From contig CP060759.1 in NCBI GenBank assembly GCA_023205875.1, forward strand, positions 744,001 to 808,000: a stretch of 64,000 nucleotides of DNA, in the 5' to 3' direction. This document shows, piece after piece, positions 21,004 through 30,635 of this stretch. Each line of letters begins with the position of its first letter. The first letter of the stretch is position 1. Below the pieces are notes generated by a model. The model ran no database searches. It saw only the letters and a list, made by a program, of their open reading frames with translations, and was not told the DNA's origin. The stretch comes from Chloropicon primus. Its lineage: Eukaryota. The translations under genes and the position numbers were made by a program.

Positions 21004-24000
21004 TCAGACCTTAGTCAACAAAACTTTGAATCTTTCGTGCAGCTCGGACGAAGGCTTGACTTCTGCAGCCTTCTTCGTGAGCGCTTCCTTTGCGTCGGTG
21101 GCCCAACCATCTTGCAGGGAGGAAGAGCATTTCGTTACGATCACTTCGAGCAGCTGCAAGAGCAGCGTCAAGGATTTCTCCCTCTGCTCCTTGCCGAGGG
21201 AGCTCAAACAGTTTCCACAGATCCAGCAGAGCCACTTGGAGTGTTGCGGCAGGTCAAGACTCGAGTACGAAAGAATTGATTTGGCAGATTCCACCGCAGT
21301 GTCCCTGACCCTCCATTCAGACTCGTTCGAGATGGCGGCTTTCAAAACTTGTAGCGTGCGATCAGTGATCTCAGATGCCTGCGTACTACTCGAGAGGGAG
21401 CCCCAAACCTTTGTGAGGCATTGAATGGCCGCGATTCGGACCTTCTCGAGCCGTTTCTTGCTCGCCTCCTCGTCCTCGTCCTCCTCGTCGTGGCCCTCGA
21501 GGACAAGATCCAGCAGCTGCCCCAAAATGAGAAGCGCCTTGTCGCCGCTGCTACCAATGCCGGAGCTAGCCGAGAGCAAGCTTACCGCGTTACAGGCCGC
21601 AATAGCAGTCTTCTTTCTCTTCAGCGCCGACAAGAGCGCCGAGAGAACCTTTTCGATGCCAGGAGCTTTTGCCACGCTGTCTGCATTCTCAGAGCACAGG
21701 ACAGAGAGAGCATGAATGCAGTCCTCCTTGCCATCCCAGTAGCGGCCGCCCAAGCAAGCGATCAAGGCTTCACAAAGCACGGAGGCATTGCTAAGCGGCA
21801 TGCCGCTACTCTTCTTGACCAGTTTCGTTACCGCAATGCTGGAAGACTTCCTCGTCTTCCACTGATCAGACTTAAGACCTTCTACGCACAGTTCCCCAAT
21901 CTCCAGGTGGTATAACCGCATCGCCGCCGAATCGCTTGGCGCCCCTTCGTCCCAAATATTAGTGAAGAGCGAAGACACCTTGGTCTCAGACCTGTGCATC
22001 AGGCAAAAGGACAGGGGAAGAATTCTGTTCTTGTATCTCGCGAACACGTCCGGAGCCTGGCGACACAGCTCGATGATGTACAGAGCACCGGATCTTTGAA
22101 TGTTGCTGTCCTCATCCTGGACCGCCTCGATCAGCCTCTTCATTCTCGCGTCAACGTGCTTCTCCTCGGAGAATTTAGAGAGTTGAGCAAAACTTGAAGC
22201 GTACGTCCTGCATATCGCCGGCGTCGAGTCGAAACTGCTGCTTAAAGCTCTGAGAAGCTGCTTGGAGCAGGGTTTCATGTCATATCGCATCCGAAGCGTC
22301 ACAGATGACAGAAATCGAGCTGTCCCGGCCCTCGTGTTTGTGCCAAATCCGTTCTTCAGAAGGTCTGACAGCTTCGAGGACAAATCAGGCAAGACCTCTG
22401 TGTCGGCGCAGGCAGAAATTCTGTCCAGCATGTCCCCAACCATTGAGGCGTTCGCAGCTTGAATTCGCAAGTTGTCGAGCTCCTCCTTGTCAATGCCGAC
22501 TCTGTCTGCATGCTGCTCAATGTAATTCATACTCGTGCTCTCCAGTCCCGAGAGGCATTCCAAGAGGCAAGACGAGATTTGCACCATGTACTGACTGAGC
22601 AGGCGCTTGTCACTGAACTTTGTGAGGTGGTAAAGGACTTGTAAGCTGATGGATTTGACTTCTTTGACCGCGCTCGTGATGCCTTTGGTGAGCAATGTCG
22701 GGAAAACAATCGCGGCCGGGGATCTATCACCTTCCTGGTTACCATCCTCACACAAACGAGCGGTCGTCCTTTGGAGACTCACTGCAAGGGATATGGCCGC
22801 AGTCCTTACGGTTTCTTTGATGTCATCGATCACTCTGAAAGCGCCCAACCACAGTCTCTCAAAGTACTCTTGCAGCTCTGCCCAAGTTCTTCCTTGAATC
22901 AAAGACGAGAGGGCCGTCGCGCTTGATTGCCGGTTCCGCCACAGATTTGAGGTGAGCTGCTGAAGAAGCTCCTCCATGATCAAAGGAAAGTGCAAGGTCA
23001 CTGTCGTTGTTGGGTTATCCACAAGGCTGCACCAGAACATCTCCATACTTTCCTGCACTCCCGGGCTCGGATCGTGAAGCAGTCGATACAATTTCGGCAC
23101 AATTCTGGGCAGCAGGGGCGCGAGCTCATTTTCCGCAATTTTGGAGATCGTTCTCAAACCCAAGGCTGCTCCTTTCTTGGACTGGAGGAGAGACTTCTCG
23201 TTGAACAAGTTTATGAACTTGTACACCATGTCAGATCCTCCCCCGATGTCATTTGCGATTGAGCAAAGGTGCTTGTACGTCTGGATCTTCTTCCCTTGCG
23301 GGTCCTTGCCAAGCATGTCACCCTCAAACAGCTCCGTGTTGTTATCTATCTTCTGCTTCTTGGGCTGGAGCCTGGCCGCAGTGAGTCCTTCTACGAGGTT
23401 TTCGACCAAAATGCTCCTGCTTTCCCCTTCACTTACGACATAGATGATGGATATGCCCTGGGATGCCATCTCTTGCGTGATCTCGTTCGTGTCCTTCACG
23501 AGTTCCAGCAGGGCACTCTGAATATCCAAGATCTTGGCAGAAACGACACTCTTGGCAGCAGTACCCTTAATGATGGACAGGAGTATGACACTCGCGTTGC
23601 GTCTCACATTTGGGTCTGAATGCACAACGTACTTTGACAGGATTATGTCCAAAAGCTCACTGCAGTGCTTCATGCTGTCCTCGCTGATCTCTGACGCGTC
23701 CTGTGATCCGGCACCATAGATGCACTCCTTGAGAGATTCTTCCATGACAATTTGGTCAAACAACAGAACTTCTCTCATGTTTGGCTCGTGTCCAAACACG
23801 TACGTGAAGGCCTCTCCGAGGGCGAAGGCTGTGCCTTCCTCTTTGATTGCTGGAATAAGCCCCAGAAGGAAGGAGGAGATTTCGCGCGCGGGTGCATTGT
23901 AACGGCACAGGCGGCCTAAAGAGACCAGTGCTGACGAGACTGTGTCAGGCACTGGCGACTTTTCTGCAAGCGCTTTCAGATTGTCCTTGAACGCCAAGAC

Positions 24001-26259
24001 TTCCTCCTCGGTGGTCACGTCGCAAAGCGCAGTGATCCCAGCAATCTCAGCAACGACTCCATTAAGCGGGTATCTCATATCAGAGAGGTCAAAGTGCTGC
24101 TTGAGGATGTTCAAGAACCGCGTCACATCGCTGGCTCCTTGCTCTGGTGACTTCCACGCAAAGCCGTAAACGACCATCAGGAAGACTGCGTGCATCTTCT
24201 CCAAGTGCTTCTTTACGGTCATCTTCTCCAATTCTTCTAGAATTTGCCCCATTTCTTTCATGCTCTCCTGAGGCTCCAATGCTGAAGACAGGAACCCACA
24301 AAGACGAGCAGACCCCTTCCTCACCCTTTCATTCGTGTGACCGACAAGCCTTTTCAGATCGGAAAAGGACTTTGAGATCTCTGAACAAAGAAATTTTGGT
24401 GGGTCCGCGTTCGCTTCGATCAGCAAGGATGAGATGGCTTCAATTAGCAAGGCAGTCTCTTTGCTCTGCAATGCATGCGCAATAAGCGGGGCATAGCTCA
24501 AATCAGTTTCGAGACTGTGGTTCAGCTCTCCCGTCCTTGTGCAACGAATGGCTCGTAGCATGTGCAAGAGCACGTTTTGGTGGGTCCGTCTTTCTCCCTC
24601 GAGGGACTTCAGGTCTGGGTTCTTGGCGAAGAAGTAATCGACGAGATCGCTTGTCTTGAGCTTTTTATCTCGAGCCTCATCCCTCAGGTCGTTCCACCTC
24701 AGAAGCTTGTTAGCCTCGTCTCTGATCTGGATCGATTCGTCTGCCGTCGCAACGAGCAGAAGGTACACGCCGTGGAGCTCTTGAGTCTTGAACACAGAGC
24801 TTGCCCACTGAATGCTCAGGAGGCGCAAGGATTCATTGGGACTAGCAACCGAGTTCCTAGTCAGCATTTGTTCCAGCTTTGCTTTCACGTCACTTCCAGT
24901 CGACTTGTAGGCTGAGGCAAGAAGCCTCATGGCTTCCATGGCGCTCACTTTGACGGCTTCATCCTCGACGGTAATCTTTCGCATCAAGTCTCCGATGATG
25001 CCGACGTCGTTCGCAAAGGCCTGCGGAAGCCTTTTCCCCAGCTCCGAGATGGCCTCATACGAGAACTCCCTCATTCTCACCGAGCTTCTGTCGTAGCTGT
25101 TTAACTGAGTCTGGTCCAGAAACTTGATCAAACCTTTCAAAACCAGTGGGCCCAAGGATGCAAGCTGATCCTGCGAGGCGTGCTGAAGAACCCAAATAGA
25201 GTATTCCATGCCCACCAACTTCAGTCTCGCGTTGGACGTCGCGGAGTACAAGCACTCAAAGATGGTTTTGACGGTGAGGGGAAAGCAGTTTGCAGCCCTC
25301 AGCGAGTGGATGAAACACCCCAGAATTCTCAGCCGCACGACCAGGCTGGCCGGTTCTATCTTCTTCGACACCTCTGGGGCTTGCTCCAACGATCCGTGAA
25401 ACAGCAAGTACAACTTGTGAATCAATCGGTGGTCCTCCAAGTCCACGAGTGGCTTGACATTGGAAATGGCGCACTTCTTCCGAAGGAGCTGGTCGCCTAA
25501 GCTTGACACGGCGTCGTTCGGGTCGCAGGCTGCCACGAGGAGAAGAGGGGTCAGCAGCTCCACCTCGGCGTCCAACTTGATCAAGAATTTGAGCAGGTGG
25601 ACCTTCCTGCTCACGGTGTTCTCATAGGTCTCATCCTGGCATTGAAGCATCGCCATCAGGTCCGGTGACAGCCCGGGCGAGGTCACTCTGGTCTCTGTGT
25701 TCCTGTTGTACGGACCCTGATAGAGCATGAAGTTCACGCAAAACCCCACGAACTCAGCTCGGTCCTGCACGCTCTTGCTGACGTTCAGGTCCTCCATCGA
25801 GATCCCGGAGCCCAAGCCACCGCTGCTGAGCGACACCAGCACCAGGCGAAACAGGACGTACTTTGCACTGCTCGCATTGAAGTGGGAAGCGAACAAGTTC
25901 AAGATCTTCGTCAGCCGGGAGGCTTGGAACCGCGCGTCCTCCCTCAACAAGCCCTTCTCGATGTACATGAGGGCGTAGCTCCGTGCCACCTGCGACGCCT
26001 TCTCGCTGTGGCACAGATCAAGCAAGGCGTCGACCGGGATCTTCGCATCGGACTGTGCACCGCTCACGATCCTGTTCACGTGGCTGAGAATCTCGATCAC
26101 TTTTTGCAGGACGAGGTTGCTCGGAACGTTGAGCTCGGCGATGACAGCAGGAAGGAGCCTCTCCAGGACCTTCGGGATGCTCGCCTCCGACGTCAGCGCC
26201 AGGCGCGTCAGCACTCTGTCCAGCGCCTGAACGCGTCGAGCCTCCTCCGTGTCCGCCAT
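21004..26259 (-). CDS. ECM29: Proteasome adapter and scaffold ECM29
   Basis: About 1750-aa HEAT-repeat protein; LDRVLTRLALT, IEILSHVNR, QEMASQG, VPKLYRL..DP, WRNRQSS, DDIKETVR, GRYWDGKE. Confidence 0.92.
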   Translation of the reverse strand: MADTEEARRVQALDRVLTRLALTSEASIPKVLERLLPAVIAELNVPSNLVLQKVIEILSHVNRIVSGAQSDAKIPVDALLDLCHSEKASQVARSYALMYIEKGLLREDARFQASRLTKILNLFASHFNASSAKYVLFRLVLVSLSSGGLGSGISMEDLNVSKSVQDRAEFVGFCVNFMLYQGPYNRNTETRVTSPGLSPDLMAMLQCQDETYENTVSRKVHLLKFLIKLDAEVELLTPLLLVAACDPNDAVSSLGDQLLRKKCAISNVKPLVDLEDHRLIHKLYLLFHGSLEQAPEVSKKIEPASLVVRLRILGCFIHSLRAANCFPLTVKTIFECLYSATSNARLKLVGMEYSIWVLQHASQDQLASLGPLVLKGLIKFLDQTQLNSYDRSSVRMREFSYEAISELGKRLPQAFANDVGIIGDLMRKITVEDEAVKVSAMEAMRLLASAYKSTGSDVKAKLEQMLTRNSVASPNESLRLLSIQWASSVFKTQELHGVYLLLVATADESIQIRDEANKLLRWNDLRDEARDKKLKTSDLVDYFFAKNPDLKSLEGERRTHQNVLLHMLRAIRCTRTGELNHSLETDLSYAPLIAHALQSKETALLIEAISSLLIEANADPPKFLCSEISKSFSDLKRLVGHTNERVRKGSARLCGFLSSALEPQESMKEMGQILEELEKMTVKKHLEKMHAVFLMVVYGFAWKSPEQGASDVTRFLNILKQHFDLSDMRYPLNGVVAEIAGITALCDVTTEEEVLAFKDNLKALAEKSPVPDTVSSALVSLGRLCRYNAPAREISSFLLGLIPAIKEEGTAFALGEAFTYVFGHEPNMREVLLFDQIVMEESLKECIYGAGSQDASEISEDSMKHCSELLDIILSKYVVHSDPNVRRNASVILLSIIKGTAAKSVVSAKILDIQSALLELVKDTNEITQEMASQGISIIYVVSEGESRSILVENLVEGLTAARLQPKKQKIDNNTELFEGDMLGKDPQGKKIQTYKHLCSIANDIGGGSDMVYKFINLFNEKSLLQSKKGAALGLRTISKIAENELAPLLPRIVPKLYRLLHDPSPGVQESMEMFWCSLVDNPTTTVTLHFPLIMEELLQQLTSNLWRNRQSSATALSSLIQGRTWAELQEYFERLWLGAFRVIDDIKETVRTAAISLAVSLQRTTARLCEDGNQEGDRSPAAIVFPTLLTKGITSAVKEVKSISLQVLYHLTKFSDKRLLSQYMVQISSCLLECLSGLESTSMNYIEQHADRVGIDKEELDNLRIQAANASMVGDMLDRISACADTEVLPDLSSKLSDLLKNGFGTNTRAGTARFLSSVTLRMRYDMKPCSKQLLRALSSSFDSTPAICRTYASSFAQLSKFSEEKHVDARMKRLIEAVQDEDSNIQRSGALYIIELCRQAPDVFARYKNRILPLSFCLMHRSETKVSSLFTNIWDEGAPSDSAAMRLYHLEIGELCVEGLKSDQWKTRKSSSIAVTKLVKKSSGMPLSNASVLCEALIACLGGRYWDGKEDCIHALSVLCSENADSVAKAPGIEKVLSALLSALKRKKTAIAACNAVSLLSASSGIGSSGDKALLILGQLLDLVLEGHDEEDEDEEASKKRLEKVRIAAIQCLTKVWGSLSSSTQASEITDRTLQVLKAAISNESEWRVRDTAVESAKSILSYSSLDLPQHSKWLCWICGNCLSSLGKEQREKSLTLLLQLLEVIVTKCSSSLQDGWATDAKEALTKKAAEVKPSSELHERFKVLLTKV

Positions 26260-26649
26260 CGGGAACAAACTTTTCAGCTCCACAAACACAAAACAAGACA
26301 GAGAGAGGATGAGAGAGAGAGAGAGAGGAGAGGGTGAGTGAGGTGGGTGACGGAGAGATGAAAGGAGGGAGGCCTTGCCCGCTCCCCTTCTCGCCCTCTC
26401 AGTCCCTCTCTCCCGCTGTCTCACCCCGTGATGGAGGTGATGCTGCGGGTTCCACGAGAGCCTCTCGTCGAGAGGGGGGGGGAGAGGAGAGGGGAGGACC
26501 GCGGTCACTCTTGGGGAATTCAATTCATTAAAAGGTGGCGCCTCAGGCGTGGCACCGGGAAGCACGGTTCTTGCGAGCTGGAATCCACCCGTCTCCTCGC
26601 CGCGGGGGCGCCCAAAGGTCGATCGACCAGACGCGGCGCACAGACTCCT

Positions 26650-27445
26650 CTATTCCTTGATGCGATTGTCGTTGTAGAGGTTGGCCTTGGGGTCCATCTG
26701 GAAGTAAGTCGCGACAAACTTCTTCTTCGCGACCTCGGAGGACATGCCCTTGGTCTTGTTCCAGGCCTCCCACCTCGACCTGCGGGTCCGGAACGGGAAG
26801 AGAGAGGGGGGGGATCAGGAGAAAGTAGAAGCGTCAGCACGGGGGGGATCACACGCCATCCAATGCGAGAGGCAGCTCTGTTGGCGACAGGCGCGTGCTC
26901 ATACCTTCCCTCGAAGTCCAGGCCCCCGGTCTCAGCCCACACGGGCTGCTCCCCGGTGTTGTCGCCCTCCGTGGCCTGCTGGAAAAAGCCGTAGAGGTCG
27001 TAGAAAGCGTCCGGTTTCTTCGTGGCACCTCCGGGCATCGACTTGAGCCTCCAGCGCAGGGACTCCCACGTGTCCTTGAGCTGCGGCCAGTACTTGCCAA
27101 CGTCGTAGTTCTGCGACGAGAGAGAGAGAGAGAAGGGGTGTGGGCAGAGGGAGAAACGAAACGCGTGTCGTGGATCAGTCTTCTTCGGTCGTTGTCCACC
27201 AAAGAAGGAGTGAATGGGCTCACCTTGGTCACGATGCCCTTCTTGGCGTCCTCCTCGGCCTTCTTCTTCTGGGCCAAGAGGATCTTCTTCAGCTTGCTCT
27301 TCGCGGCCCTGTACGCCTGCCTGGAATCGCCCGGAGTCGCGTCGAGGAACTCGGCCTTCTTGATGGCCTCGTAGAGGCTCTGGAAATCGTCCCCCGCCGC
27401 TTTGATCGCCGCGAGCGCGGTATCCGGATCCGTCATCGTTCCCAT
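26650..27445 (-). CDS. Acyl-CoA-binding domain protein with N-terminal extension; exons 27445-27224, 27110-26905, 26779-26650
   Basis: LYGFFQQATEGDN..P, GR|SRWEAWNKTKGMS.EVAKKKFV are ACBP motifs; two in-frame GT-AG introns. Confidence 0.88.
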
Positions 27446-27685
27446 CCTTCCTCGATCTTCCCTACCAACTCCCTGTCTTCGCTCGCTCGCTCCTCCCCGT
27501 CGTCGTCGTCGTCGCGTCGTCGTCGTGAGGCCGCGCTTCGCTTCCGTTTCAAGAGTGAGCGGTCGAGACCGAAAACGAAAACGAAACGGTTACTAACGGT
27601 TCTACGAGAGACGTTACTTCTCCTGGTGATTACTTCTCCTGGTGATTGATTAGTGTCTGGTTTTAGGTTTAGGTTTAGAGGGACC

Positions 27686-30445
27686 TCAGATGAGGGATCC
27701 CATGAAGTCTTCCAGGTCGTCCACCTCCTCATCGATCTTGGCCTCCTCTGCCCTCATCTCCTCCCTCTCCCTCTCCCTCTCCCTCCTCCTCTCCCTCTCC
27801 CTCGCCAAGGCCTCCTCCTCCTCTCTCTTCCGCTTGAGCTGCTCGGCCCTCGCGGCTTGTTCGAGCTCCAGCTTCCTGTTCAGCTCCTCCCTCTCCAGGC
27901 TTTGCTCCAGAATCCAGTCCCTCTGCGAAAAAGAAAAGTCGCAGCCTGGGCTCTCTCCGATCACGATGACGTCCTCGAGGATCGGGAAGAACTCCTCGTC
28001 GATGTCGTCGCCGTCGCAATCCCCCGCCCGCTTCAGGATCGCCTCCAAGTCCTCCGTGTCGAGGTCCTTGTCGTACAAGTCCCCGTACTTGTCCACCAGC
28101 TTGCCGAGCCTCCTCCTGCTGGCCGCTCCCAGGTGCAACCAGTACTTCGGAACGTACTCCTCCAGAACCTCTTGCGCCTCCACGCAGCGGCTGTACCACT
28201 CCATCGAGAGGATGTCCACGTCCTGGGACTTGAGGGCCTCCGCCTTCCAGTCCATGTGATCCGCAAGGCAGCACAGGGTCTTCGGCCCGTCGTAGCCCTT
28301 CAAAAAGTTCTTGGTGATCTCCCCGCCGTTCTCCAAGACCGATTTCTCCACCCTCCCCTTCTCGTGCTCCCCTGAGCCGAAATTCAGGAAGAAGAACAGG
28401 AAACCGGTCAGGAAGTCCGACTTTTTCTCCGAAGGCTTCACGGTGACCGACAGATACTCTTCCGGCACTGACAGGGCCCTGCCCGAGGCTTTCTTCGGAG
28501 ACTGGGCGTTCTTCTTCGTGCGCTGGCCCTCCACGAGGTCCTTTGGCTTCACCTCCTTGAGCTCCTCCAGGGTCGTCAGGTCGCGGAGGCCCTTGTCGTG
28601 GCGGATCCTCTTGGCTCTGGGAAACCTCAAGCTCGTTTCTGTTGCGAAGGACCCTGATGGGATGGTTCGGACATCTCCGATGACTTCCAAAACGACGCTC
28701 TTGTCAGGATCCCGAACCCAGGCGTGGGGCTTCTCGCTCGCACTGCCGGTGATTCTGTACATGGGAGGCGGCGTGTCCACCAAGTTGTCTTGCAGCTTCC
28801 TGTGGATCGCTTGCATCTCCCCGTCCGTCAGACCCGTTCCAATTTTGCAGAAGGACAGCAAGAACTCGTCGCCTTTTGCTTTGGGGATTCCAATCAGGTA
28901 CTGAGCAAGGACCCCGCCCCTCTTCCCCGTTCCGTAATATCCACCAATGACCACTCCATCCACTTCTACCTCAGTCACGTAGTCCGGCTTGATCTTCAGC
29001 CAGTCCGAGCTCCGGCTCGCAGCGATCCATTGCGAGCACAGCAATTTGATGACGATGCCCTCTTCCATCTTCTCAATCGACTCGTCGAATTGCTTTTGAA
29101 GGGACGCCTCGTCCGTGCCAAGCCTGGAGTACTCGCTCTCCCCCGGAAGGATGCAAATGACTCGCCCCGTTACCCCGTTGGCCTTGATCTCGTTCGTGTC
29201 GGTCTCAGCAGGAGTCACCGTCTGAGCGAGCAACCGGTGTCTTTCCTTGAGGGGCAGGTGAATCACAGACTGCATGCTGCCCTCGTACCGCGTGTAGAGC
29301 ACGTCGAAAGCGACGTAAGTCACCTCGAGATCCTTGAGCTTGACTTGGCTCTCGCTGCCTTTGTCAGTGGCGCCGTCGTTGGAAAGCTGGACGGCGGTGG
29401 TTCCCGTGGCGTCCTCGCTTCGAATCAAAGTCACCACGTGCTTTATCGATCCGAAGGGCAAGAATTTCTGGCTCTTCTTGTTCCAAACGACAATTTCACC
29501 GTCCAAGACGCAGTCCTGAAGGTTGATTTGCTTGCGAAACACATCGCTCAGGGCAGAGTACCCCGAGGTACTACCGTGGTCCAGACCATTCCTGCTGTAG
29601 TACTTGACATCATCCCCCTGCCTGTGCAGCTGTATCCTCTCCCCGTCGAACTTAGTCTCCACCACGAATTCCTTATCCTTGACCTTGGAGTAAGCGCTCT
29701 CCACCGTATTGATCCTCTCCGCCAGCTGCGGTCTCATCACGCTCCCGAGCTTCACCTTCTGGGACTCGAGTACGGCGGCCTTGTTGTTCAGCAACCTGCA
29801 CACTTTCTTCAAGTTCATGGTCATGTTGTAAAGCTCCTGGGCCATGGGGTGGATGCAAGAGAGGATTCCCTTCTCCCCCGCGCCGAGGTGCATCTTTGTC
29901 TTGAGAATCACTCTCAGCGCCCACTTCATCTCCTCGGGACTCAGCGAAAGGATCAGCTTGCTCATCACCGCAGACTGTCTCTTCAGATCCTGGCCCTCCG
30001 AGAGTTTGTCGAGCAGGCCGTGGAACTCCCCGAGAGTCATGCGGCTGGTTCCCCTCGGCTTTCCGCAGTGCTTGACGAGCAAGCACTCGTAGGCAGTCTC
30101 GACCAGATCCCCTGCCCATTTCGAGGTCGCCCCAGACCTCCAGTTCAGTAACTTCTTCGCGTCAGTTTGGGCGTCGGAGTTACTGAGTCCGCACGCTTCG
30201 ATCAGCACCTTGGCCAGCCGCTGCTCTTTGATCGCGTAGTAGCCCCTCTCCCTGTCCATGTGCGGCAGCAGAGTCCTGTACACCGTGAAGTAATCCTCGC
30301 TGTTTTCCTCGAGGTAACTGTCGTGGAAGTGCATCAAGTGCTTGGTCTTCTTACTCTTCTGAGCGTCTTTCACCACGTCGAGCAACTGGCACAGCCCGCT
30401 GAACGGGACGTCCTTCGGGGCGTACCTCTGCGGCGGTGGACCCAT
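27686..30445 (-). CDS. LIG4: DNA ligase IV
   Basis: ETKFDGERIQLH, LDGEIVVW, EGIVIK, WLKIKPDY, GGYYGTGKRGG, LRFPR; BRCT domain and DKYGDLY motif. Confidence 0.95.
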   Translation of the reverse strand: MGPPPQRYAPKDVPFSGLCQLLDVVKDAQKSKKTKHLMHFHDSYLEENSEDYFTVYRTLLPHMDRERGYYAIKEQRLAKVLIEACGLSNSDAQTDAKKLLNWRSGATSKWAGDLVETAYECLLVKHCGKPRGTSRMTLGEFHGLLDKLSEGQDLKRQSAVMSKLILSLSPEEMKWALRVILKTKMHLGAGEKGILSCIHPMAQELYNMTMNLKKVCRLLNNKAAVLESQKVKLGSVMRPQLAERINTVESAYSKVKDKEFVVETKFDGERIQLHRQGDDVKYYSRNGLDHGSTSGYSALSDVFRKQINLQDCVLDGEIVVWNKKSQKFLPFGSIKHVVTLIRSEDATGTTAVQLSNDGATDKGSESQVKLKDLEVTYVAFDVLYTRYEGSMQSVIHLPLKERHRLLAQTVTPAETDTNEIKANGVTGRVICILPGESEYSRLGTDEASLQKQFDESIEKMEEGIVIKLLCSQWIAASRSSDWLKIKPDYVTEVEVDGVVIGGYYGTGKRGGVLAQYLIGIPKAKGDEFLLSFCKIGTGLTDGEMQAIHRKLQDNLVDTPPPMYRITGSASEKPHAWVRDPDKSVVLEVIGDVRTIPSGSFATETSLRFPRAKRIRHDKGLRDLTTLEELKEVKPKDLVEGQRTKKNAQSPKKASGRALSVPEEYLSVTVKPSEKKSDFLTGFLFFFLNFGSGEHEKGRVEKSVLENGGEITKNFLKGYDGPKTLCCLADHMDWKAEALKSQDVDILSMEWYSRCVEAQEVLEEYVPKYWLHLGAASRRRLGKLVDKYGDLYDKDLDTEDLEAILKRAGDCDGDDIDEEFFPILEDVIVIGESPGCDFSFSQRDWILEQSLEREELNRKLELEQAARAEQLKRKREEEEALARERERRREREREREEMRAEEAKIDEEVDDLEDFMGSLI

Positions 30446-30635
30446 CTGTGCCACACCGCCGCGGAACTCCCACTCTCCCTAAAGCAGCCCTCCTCTCCAC
30501 CCCGGTTCCGTCGTCGTCGTTCTGATGATTGAGCAGCAGCACAGGTCCCCACTGGAGGGGTCTTGGGTGGTGAGAGTGGTGTGGTCTGTCAAGGAAAATA
30601 ATGTTGTTACAAGATTGGTTTATTCTTCCATCCTT

